From: Ruditapes philippinarum
Taxonomy: Eukaryota
Reading direction: 5' to 3'
DNA: 64,000 bases
Assembly: GCF_026571515.1 (NCBI RefSeq)
Contig: NW_026857137.1
Coordinates: 186,001-250,000, forward strand
In this document: positions 28,239-38,600 of the stretch, in pieces
Position numbering within the stretch: position 1 is the first letter of the stretch
Layout: the number at the start of each line of letters is the position of its first letter
Made by a program: the position numbers and the translations under genes
The notes under the pieces: model-generated
The model's database searches: none
Seen by the model: the letters and a program-made list of their open reading frames with translations, nothing else
What the model was told of the DNA's origin: nothing

Positions 28239-29217
28239 CGAAGAATAGTCATCTTCTTCTTTCAGATGATCGGAAATAAACTTAACATCTGATAGGACAT
28301 GTTCTATTGATTGAGGAAGTATGCTGTCACGCCGACCAGTCCCTGGTTCTTCATCGGAGCTTTGTGAAGCACGTTCGTATATGTGATTCTCGCCAGTTCG
28401 CACAAAGCTGACACCACTTCTTCTTATTGGGGAAATTTTAGAACTCACGCCATTACACTTGGACCGTTTGTGCTTTTTCATAATTGGTCGACGCATAAAT
28501 AATATTTTTGGTAGTATACGTAACAACGCAGTGCGAGTCCAGTTTGACATTTTATGCGTTGCAGGTGACCGGAAATGTATAGTAAGGATTAAAACTGTCA
28601 CAATAATAGATAATGTTACAAGAATCATAGTAAACAATAAGTATTTTCCTATCAACGGAATGACAATGGACGTTGGCGGAATGATTTCTGTCAGTAATAA
28701 GAAAAACACTGTTAAAGAAAGTAGTACGGATATACACAGTGTTATTTTCTCTTCACTATCTGACGGTAAATAAAACACAAGAACCGTCAGAAATGAAATT
28801 ACTGCGCATGGAAGGATGAGGTTCACTGTATGAAACAATGTCTTCCGTCTCATTGTGATGAAGAAAGTTAAATCAGGATACGGTTCAATACAGCATATGT
28901 ATATTTTGATACTTTTCTTTGCTGTCCCAGATAAAATATCCCATTCTACATTTTGATAAAATTCACTGAAGTCCATTCCATTTTCTATTACTTCAGTTGA
29001 ATCTTGGTCCTTAGCGCATACATGTACTAAATCAACTTCAAAACCATCGTATGTCCATGAACCAAATTTTAGTCCACATTTTTGAACATCAAAAGGGAAG
29101 AACTCTACGTTCATTATACAAGCGCTTTTGTAGACAGCAGGAGGTTCCCAAACTATTAAACCAGTATAAAATAAAGTTGCTTTTGTAAATAGTTGAACTT
29201 CGAAATGTCCGTCAGCA
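28239..29217 (-). CDS. Locus B exon 4b: alpha-type module
   Basis: ttttag|[14 protein letters not shown]...[15 protein letters not shown]...SWTYDG...[12 protein letters not shown]; M1-M3; TCG|GTATAT donor; 979 nt, phase 2 to 0. Confidence 0.93.
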
Positions 29218-31805
29218 CTAAAATAACAAAAATAAATTAACTTTTTAAAATAGTACTAACAAAAGTGCTTAAAAGTATCAATAATCTTCAAAAAAATATC
29301 ATGTTAGATATTTTCACTAACTTTACGATTACGCTAAATTAAATTCAATTCACTGCACAAAAAAGAGCAAGTATGTATAAATCTGAAACGCGCTAACAAT
29401 ATACAAACATATAATCTATATAACATATAACTGAAATCTTTAATTCAAATCAATTAAAGTAATTTAGTAAACTGTATTATTGACAGAATTGCATGCAGAC
29501 AACAGATCTAAGATATCTATCTATCTGGAATAGAAAGCACATATTAAGACAACATTCAAGCATGACTAAAGTAGTTGCTTTCAATAAGAAGTGCTTGTCT
29601 GAAGCGGATCATCCAATAACACTAAACATGAATAATTCACTCATAGGTCAATTTATTTGATTAAACTTTTCGTTAATATAGCATTCTCTGATTCAATGCA
29701 AAAATTAGTTTACTAAGCTATTTTTGCTGATCGTAAATATATATAAAACATTTCTTCTTCTGAAAAAAAAATCAAAGACATATAAAGAAAGTAAAAGAAA
29801 AGCTTCTTATTAAATAATGAGCTTGTTATGTCCAAACTTGCCACAGCTGTCAGTTTTATAGAATAAGAAGAAAAATCAACCGATAATTTCAGAGACTAAA
29901 TCTAATGTACGTAATAACTGTGATTATGGGCTACATTCTACTTCAATAGACAAGCAATATTTATAGTAAAGTATGATATTCTCTGAGGAGAACCTGTATA
30001 TATCTGTAAGTAAGTTATATATAATAAAACATTTCAAGCATAAAACGTCTATTCTATACCACAGTTCCATGAACGTTTAGAAATGTTACGATTTCGTAAG
30101 AAATGATATATTTAAGTCAAGATAGTTAATGGGTGCGTATACAAAATATGATCAAATTAAACAAGCAGCATGATCGGCTTTAGACTCAGGCACCATTACT
30201 TGTGCAAATGTTGACTTAAAGTCTTCACTTAAAATCACGTTGCATTTTAGATATAAGTGGCATTTATTGTCATAGTGCATTTAGTTTATCACATCTGATG
30301 TGAACAAGTAAACTGAAAAGAGCGGTATGCAATAAATGTAGCTGAAATGTAAAAATAGTTTAAATGCAACAATGTTTTAATTACAATATAAATTATGTTA
30401 TCAGCAGATGAAATATATCTGACATGGAACTATTCAGATGTAATATGTTGATTCTATTAGAAAATGCATTCCTTTATTTGTTCAGCAATTTTAGACCTAT
30501 ATAGACTGATCAATAATACTTAAACAGTGTATGGGCTTTGGTCTTCACATTAAATGAGTTCGTGCCGAAATAAAAATTGCTAATCATGGGAAATCCTCAT
30601 GATTATTTTGTTTGAATTGAATACGGCATTTTGTTGACACAGGTTTCAGGCATCAATTTATTTTCGATGTCGAATGAAAACCAGGAATGTCACAAATCTA
30701 TTGCATTTGACCATAGTATGCTGAAACAATCAAATATAATGTAGATTTTTTTTTCAGTTTTGTCAAACAACCTACATTAGGGTTCGAATTCTTAGACGAA
30801 AAAAACATACATTTTATTTCAACGGTCACTATAATATGTCCTAACAATTTTATGTCCTTACAACAAAAAGTGAAAGGAAACTTCGGAAATGCAGGTCTCT
30901 CTAGACCAAACACAAATTTCATACAAACATAATGGTGTTTTCGCGTTAGACAGTTCAGTAAAACTTAAGTAGAAAAGTATGTTGTATAAAGCATGTAATT
31001 TATCTTCGGAGTGCAAAGAGAAAACAAACAGTAAATAAAGTAGACGAAAACATCGTAGAAACGTTAATATCATTTGCAAAAGTAATGAATTGCTAATGTC
31101 AGAAACCAAATTTGTTTAATCAAAATGTCAATGCCAATCTTTCCTGTAAATCCAAGCATAAATTTCGTAAAGTCAATACTTTCTATTAAATTGTTACACT
31201 TTCTCTATAAAACCTGAAGGAAAGAAATCAGATTATATTTTTGTTCCTTTGACTTAAAATCTTAAATTTACAATTTGATTCAAACAAAAATATTTCTCAA
31301 ATTAGTGAAATAAAATACTTTAATATCATATATCCTGGAACAAAAGTCTAAAATAACCGAATCTCCCTTCAGCACGAGTTTCGGGATAATAGCAAGTGGC
31401 ATTTTATGACCCTGTATTTCTGTAGATAATTGTCAATCAAAAGGATATGACATAGACAATTACATTAGCAGTCCGTAGAAATGTTTTCCAAGCGCTAATA
31501 AGATTCTTTTATTCGGACAAGGGGTGAATTTCTGTCCCTGATAAGATGTAATATGAATTGGACATTATCATTGTTCTATAGTTGGATTATTTTGTGATGG
31601 TTTATGAAAAGAAATCATTACAGAGATGTGTTGGTTTCAAAGAATATCTCATGTTGCCTGGTTTCATTCGGTGCCAATCATTCACATCGTCACGCTCTTA
31701 TTCAAGGGACATAGGTAATACGCTATTAAAACTATCTTCAAAACATTCAATTGAACGGAGTCTTTATTGTGTATATTCTGTTAAAGGAATACTTCATAGA
31801 ACTTT

Positions 31806-31816
31806 TATCATTATTA

Positions 31817-31855
<39 letters not shown>

Positions 31856-31860
31856 ATTAT
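31806..31860. repeat. (ATT)n microsatellite
   Basis: Direct reading. Confidence 0.9.
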
Positions 31861-32346
31861 TTTTACGTGGTTTTGTCTGTCTCCTTTTAAAAATTTTCGT
31901 AGTTAATTTACATTATTTATTTGCCGAAAAAATAGACAGAGATAATAAAATAACCTTGGCACACATATAAAATAGACTTATGGGAAATTAAAAATGTACA
32001 GAAAATAAATAATTTTTGAGGTTGATTCGATTATACTTGAAGCTAAGCAAGAATATTTTTTTTTACCTTTTTTGCTAGGTTAGATGCGGTATAAAAAAAC
32101 ATATATCAGATCCCTCTAACGGTGATAGTACATAATGTTAACATTTGTAAGCTAATTTCGACCTCGGTTCACGCCTCGGTTCAAATTTTCTTTCTCGGAT
32201 TAACAATTCTAGCACCCTCAGAGGGTCCGATACTTGTATGATAATCAAACATTGCATGATTGCGTTATTCTCTGGTAGATATAGAAGCTCTATCGGACTA
32301 AATTATTTCTAAAAATCATTTTAAAATTTCACTTTCTTCCGTTTTA

Positions 32347-32643
32347 CTAATATTTTAAACGAATGTTTGTATTGAAGGTACAACAGTCATTATTATGCGT
32401 GCAAAGAACGTGAAATGCAACAAGTTCAAGACAGCAAGGTATAGATAATATTAGTATAAAATACATAAATGTATCATCCTTATATACCGGGTAACTTGTC
32501 ACAGGGGTGATGACATTTCGATTGTCATATAGTGTGGGTGCTTGAAGTATAATACCAAAAGTTCCAACAACGCAAGCTACTGTAAATATCCACAGAAACA
32601 GTCGATCTAACACCATAGCTACATACTTCCAATCTTCACTTAT
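32347..32643 (-). CDS. Locus B terminal exon 5a (M4 and long C-tail)
   Basis: ttacag|[20 protein letters not shown]...QAPTLYD...stop 32347; the 3' end is less certain than the 5' end. Confidence 0.85.
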   Translation of the reverse strand: MSEDWKYVAMVLDRLFLWIFTVACVVGTFGIILQAPTLYDNRNVITPVTSYPVYKDDTFMYFILILSIPCCLELVAFHVLCTHNNDCCTFNTNIRLKY

Positions 32644-33006
32644 CTGTAACATATCATTTCTTTATACATGGACATATATGGAAATAATTTTGATATATAA
32701 ATATTTCTATAAATATAAATAAATTTGTGTAGATATTTACTTATCTCTTGAGATAACTTCGTTAATGGTCAAACTATAAAGAAATATAATACGATTTATT
32801 TGTGACATGCAAGAAAGGTTCATCTTAAGATAACATTTCTTGCCTATAAATGATAGCAGAACATCCGTAAATTTTAAAACATAAATTTAATCTCTCCATT
32901 CGGAATGCAGCTTTTAAGATATTATCACAATTTCGATTCACATAAATAATACATACTGCGGTACTTATAAGGAGAATTCATACATACACGCAATAATACA
33001 ACATAC

Positions 33007-33961
33007 CGATGCTGAATAATCACCCTTCTTTAGATGTTCTGCGATGAATACTATACTGTCTATTGCCTCTTGTACATCTGGTGGAAGTTGCTGTTCTACT
33101 GTAGTACCATCCTCAGCTGGTCCCTGCCTAAGTCGTCTGCTTGTGTCGAACTCTAAATCATGTCTATTCACATACTGGTCTCTCATTTCTATACCATTAC
33201 ATGTCCTTACAATTGTTCTCGCAATTTTCTCGTGCTCAAGATTCGGTCTCCTCATCAAGAGCATTTTAGGCAAAATGTTTAAAAACACCCGCCGTACCCA
33301 TGGTGCCATAGTATGCGTTGATGGAGACCGGAAGTGCACATTTAATGTTATAACCGTCACTATGATTGACAAGGTAATCAGTATCATAGTAAAGAGCAGG
33401 TACTTGCCAATTAGCGGGACAACTATAGACGTGGGTGGAATTATCTCGGCGAGGAGCAGAAAAAAGAAGTTAAGTGAGAGCAGAATAGAGATACACAAGG
33501 TAATCTTCTCACAGCTGTCAGAGGGGAGATAAAATACCAGGATTGTCAAGCAAGAAATTGCAACAGAAGGAATAATTAAATTTACGGTATGAAATAATGT
33601 CTTTCGCCGAATTGTTACGTTGAATGTTATGTCAGGGGCATCTGTGTAGTTCAAGCTCTTTTCCGCAGTTACTTCTAGAACGTCCCATTCCCCGGATTCG
33701 TAGAAGCCCCGCAAATCGATGCCATTTTGAATAACTTCCTTCTTGTGTTTGTGTTTAGAACACTCATGTATAAGGTCCACCTGCGTGCCATCATATGTCC
33801 AAGAAGCAAATTTCATCGAGCAAAGCTGAATATCAAACGGGAAAAATTCGACTTCAATCGTGCATGAACTTTTGTAGATTGCGGGGGGCTCCCACACAAC
33901 ACCACCGCTATAGTTTAATGTTGCTTTTGTCATCAAAGTAACTTCGTACTGACCATCGGCA
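33007..33961 (-). CDS. Locus B exon 4a: non-alpha-type module (Cys-loop to cytoplasmic loop)
   Basis: tttcag|[14 protein letters not shown]...[15 protein letters not shown]...SWTYDG; loop [13 protein letters not shown] lacks CC; M1-M3 intact; TCG|GTATGT donor; 955 nt, phase 2 to 0. Confidence 0.93.
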
Positions 33962-34723
33962 CTGAAAGAGATCTTTCTATTTACTATAACCTGTATACAT
34001 ACTGAACCACAACCGAAAGAAATGAAAATAAAAAGAGCAACACCATGCGTGATTGGTATAAAACAGTTTATCCACAAATGTTGTCTATCTTCATTTGTAA
34101 TACTCCATTCTTTAAGTTGAGGTTTTTGTACAATTCAAACAAATAAATTACAGAAACAAAATATAAAAGCATTTCTTAATCACACCAAAATGCATTAAAG
34201 GGGTAAATGTGAAGCTGTTGTGACTGCAGTGTGTTCTCTACAATTGCTCTCACCCTATCCCAATACACGAGGAGTCACGTGACCCGTGATCCTAAGGGAT
34301 AGTAACCACCCGGTGTTGCCGGGGGCTTGTGATGATTATTGAAAATTGAAAGATACAAATAGCATTGTGTAGAATAACCTAGTAAATACAATACTGAAAA
34401 AGAGTAAAATTGCTACCTGAAAGAATACAAAGACATGTTGCAATTTATTACAATTTTGCAAGTTTTTACTCGTGAAAAGAAAATGATATGTTCTTAAATA
34501 TGTTTGTTTTGTTTAATGATAAATAAATTATTTGTTGAAGCCGTTAATTAAAGCTAAATTTGACTTCATGTGTAAATGTCTGTAAAATTATAACATAATG
34601 TGGTTATAAAATCAGCTTAGCTTTACAAAAAACAGTTTTTCTCAATATAATGATATTACTTTGTGAAAATGGCATTGTTGATAAAATGGTCATGGTAAAA
34701 GAACAAAATAAAAGTAAACTTAC

Positions 34724-34833
34724 TTATTGAACAGCACGATGTCTGGCAACCATATATTTTCTGATGGTAGCTCAAGTGTTTTGATACCTCCATATTCTTT
34801 CGGATCCCATCTTAAACTCACGTCAATCCATTC
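34724..34833 (-). CDS. Locus B alternative exon 3b (110 nt, loop A with Phe)
   Basis: [36 protein letters not shown]; cag acceptor, AA|GTAAGT donor; not in the ORF track. Confidence 0.9.
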
Positions 34834-35277
34834 CTGGTAGATACAAACAGTTCTTCTATAATACCAAGCTGCCTACTGCGTTTAGAAAAAAAACCTACGC
34901 GGAGCATGCCACAAGGAGCAAGAATGTCTCATCTACATTATGTATAGATAAAACAGTTTCATGCATTTGATTTGCGGTACATTTACTTAATATATTTAAC
35001 ATCCATGCTCACATTGACCACAATTACAACAAATTGCCACATTCTTATAACAATAATTTAAGACTTATTACGTCATAGAGGTGAACAAAAACACATGCTA
35101 GCACTAGAAAATACATCAATTTTCTAAGTATTTGTCGACTACATCAAATACTGCACCAATACGAATGATGAATAAAAAAAGGAAACGTGATCCAGACCAT
35201 CGAAAAATGCACATAGGCTTTTGCAACACACTTTACTACAGCAGCACGTTCATGCCTTTGCTAGATAAACAACATAC

Positions 35278-35387
35278 TTATTGTACAAAACAATATCGGG
35301 CAACCAAATCAGTTTGGAAGGAATATACAGCCTGTCCACACCGCCATATTTATGAGGGTCCCATCTTAAGTTATAGTCGTACCATTC
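35278..35387 (-). CDS. Locus B alternative exon 3a (110 nt, loop A with Tyr)
   Basis: [36 protein letters not shown]; poly-pyrimidine/aag acceptor, AA|GTATGT donor. Confidence 0.9.
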
Positions 35388-35427
35388 CTTCGTAAGCAAG
35401 AAAAAAACAAAACGATCAGCAAACGAC

Positions 35428-35669
35428 ATATGAGCCGCGTCATGACAAAACCAACGAAATGCGTTTGCGACCAGCATGGATCCAGACCAGCCTGCGCGTC
35501 CGCAAAGTCTGATCAGGATCAAGCTGTTAGCTATCAGTTTCTCTACTTGTAATAGAGTTTGTAAGCGAACAGCATGGATCCTGATCAGACTGCGCGAACG
35601 CGCAGGCTGGTCTGGATCCATGCTGGTCGCAAACCCATTATGTTGGTTTTGTCATGACACGGCTCATAT
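35428..35669. mobile_element. Fold-back MITE-like element, family 1, copy 3
   Basis: ATATGAGCCGCGTCATGAC...GTCATGACACGGCTCATAT. Confidence 0.85.
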
Positions 35670-38600
35670 TATATTTAATACAGGGCATTGGATATAGTTA
35701 CACAAGCATAACACGAAATTGTTGACCTTCAAAGTTTTATATATGCCACCATTTAAACAATATAAAAATAGACTGTCTTAGGACTTTGTCAATGGATTTT
35801 TTAGTTAGCACAACATCTGAATGTACTTCGATTACATGATATAAATGTTTTAAACTAAAATATACATATCGTCAGCTAGTGAACCTTAAGTTAGCCAGAG
35901 CATTATTCAGTACTGTTTCAACTTAACGACGGAAATGCGGTCAAAACACCCTTTATTATTGAATGGTGACTCATCTTTGTCTAAAGTTATTTCGGTTTTA
36001 ATTTTTTATTTAGTTTTTTTTTCTCTTTTTATATGGTTTTATTGCAAAAGTATTATTTTGGTAATAAGTATTCGTTAGATGAAGTAGCATCAAATCATAG
36101 ATGTTTTAAGTCAATTAGACAAAAATGGTAAGTTACATATCATGTCTAAAGGTTAGTAGAAGCCAAATCAACAAACATTTTATAACATATCAATCATATT
36201 TCACGTGGCATTGACCACATATCAATCATATTTATAAATACATTTGCTCTAGTTGATATCGGCTTGTTTTCTGAAACAGCCCAGAAGGCAATGGCAAAGA
36301 TTTGTGTTGCATATCGTAAGAGATAATATACTTTACTTTTGTTTACACTACATCAGAATTAAGATCAACATTGTGTAATTAACCATTTCTCCGCTGACGT
36401 TTTGTGTAATCGACTGTTTTGAACAATTTGGACAGATATACCAAACAAAATACAAAATAAACCCAGTGCTTTTTTTTGCTAAAATTTAAGGGACATTTTT
36501 GTTTGCATATAATCTAATCAAGTATCCTTACCGCTGTGCGACAGGTGCGATAAAGCAGGAAACATTTCAATAGTTTCTTTTTCCAATTGCCGCCTGCTAG
36601 TCATAATCAGAATTGATTGTTAAGCAGTATCATGTAGATGTTTCATATAAAAAACTTAAAACGAACTTGTAATTTAATTGCAATTGCAACCATTGCATTT
36701 TTTTCCGCAAATGTGGAATCGCATCGTTTATTCAAAAAATTAAACGGTGAAAATTCGTATGGAAAATGGAAATGTTACTAGAAAACCCAGACTCAGTTCT
36801 CGTAAGTTTTCCCAAAATTACAAAGTATCAACGTAATTTGCATTTAGGAAATCGAAAAGCACGGAAATAAATTGATGTTTATACAGTGTATCATTGAATC
36901 AGATCAGTCATTTGATAGAGACATCAAACTTCAATTACTTCTTTCTGGTATGCATTGCATACATAAAAGGAACAAGAAATTGTTTTATTTGATATATGAC
37001 TTATCTATTTGAGAATACACGGTCATGACTTAATTTTTTTTCACCATGAAAATACAAGCTGGGACATAGTTTGCCCTTTACATATGTTTACGGTTCTCTC
37101 CTTTTTTCAAGTTTTTACCTTACTATGATTGTACATAATTAATATTTATTTACCGGTTATCAATATTTTTGTATTTCAGCGAAGAAGAAACATGCAATAT
37201 TACTAATACTTTCGATGATATTGGTGTCATACGGGGTCATGACGCTTGCTAGAACGCCAGGCATGAGTAAACACTGTCCGTCCATCAAGTATCAGTCATT
37301 TCATCCTTTCAAACAATCATCAATCAAAATGACTCTATCTTGTTTGCAAAACATCAGCATCAACATTCATTGTGGATAAAATGTCTTGAATTGAACAAGT
37401 ACAGATGGGCTTGTATTTATCTATATAGCTCCTGTTTGGTATATCTTCTCCTCAGTTTATCAGTACTTTTAAAATTGACCAATCATTTTATTTATAAGAT
37501 GGTCATCGTAAATGAAATGAATTAAGCTTAAACACGTTCATTTGATTCTTAAAAAATTTGCAAAGAAAATTAACAGGCGCTAGATACACATGTACATTAC
37601 TTTCTTTAAACTTGTTATTAATTTTAATTTCAATTATTGATAAATAATCTTAATGCGTTTTTCAAAATTAAATAGGTTTTATCTTTTCTTATTAGAATAA
37701 TGTTTCAAGAATAAGATTGTCTTAAAAGTATATGGATTTAATTTATTTTTAGTGAATACTGTAATATGCATGACACACATATTAAATATTTGAAATAAGA
37801 TAATATGACAGGCAAAGGTTTAGTTTATGAGAACAAGCACTGACGAATTTAAAAAAAATGTTTCGTTTTAAACCCAATTAAAAATGAAGACTAGAAGCTA
37901 AATCCAAGCAAGCCCGTATTTTCATACAAACTTCCGATATTGATATACGATATAAATCGTGTATTTAGAAAAGGTAAGTTATTATTTTAATACATTTATG
38001 CAAAAGCTGTTAACGTGCATACCCTTCCAAATGAAGGCAGACAGAAGATGAAAAATAAGCATTTACTTCAAAGGCAAGCATCATAGATTGTGGTATATAG
38101 AAGATTAATTTTTACGCGTCTGTATTTTGATCATAAACAAATTAATTTGCCAGTTTGATATATACAATGATAACTTGCAGAATCATTGAGCATAAATATT
38201 CATATGAGCAGACAGGAAACAAAAATGGAAAATAGTCTGGTAAATCTGTTATAAATAACACATTATATTGTTAAAATAACTGGCCCTTAAACTGTTTATA
38301 ACATACCAAATGTATAAATCATACAGTTATGTAAGAAGCAAATACGTTAAAAGATAACTACATAAAATATCTAATGATAAAGTGAACGATTCACAAGCTT
38401 TTTAGCCCTTAAGTTACATTTTCCAGATTAACATAGCACATGGAGGTACCAACCAAGCCTGTTTGCATTTGGCCGACTGGTATCGTCGGGATGTTGCCGT
38501 CGGTTGGTTCTATGAACGTGCTGATAGAAGTAGTCAATGTTTAAATATTACAAATCTTGATTAAAACGATGACTTCATGCAAGAAACTGATATTAATCAG

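Noticed and set aside
29218-32346. Hidden 5' exons that would make module 4b a separate gene
   Set aside because: By eye I found no EW/WD/WxPDI, 45-nt loop-D or signal-peptide exon on the minus strand; a TBLASTN is still needed to be certain.
28459-33532. Plus-strand ORFs 28459-28773 and 33044-33532
   Set aside because: Antisense shadows of transmembrane-coding exons, with no independent features.
33962-34077. Hydrophobic N-terminal extension of ORF 32965-34077 as a private signal peptide for module 4a
   Set aside because: It starts at TTG, not ATG; a canonical acceptor at 33962 matches the conserved intron position; the product would lack half of the extracellular domain.
34274-34283. GTCACGTGAC palindrome (E-box/CLEAR-like) as an internal promoter
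   Set aside because: A single 10-mer with no other support.
8543-35697. Recurrent MDPDQPA...LIRIHAV ORFs
   Set aside because: Translations of the palindromic MITE, not genes.
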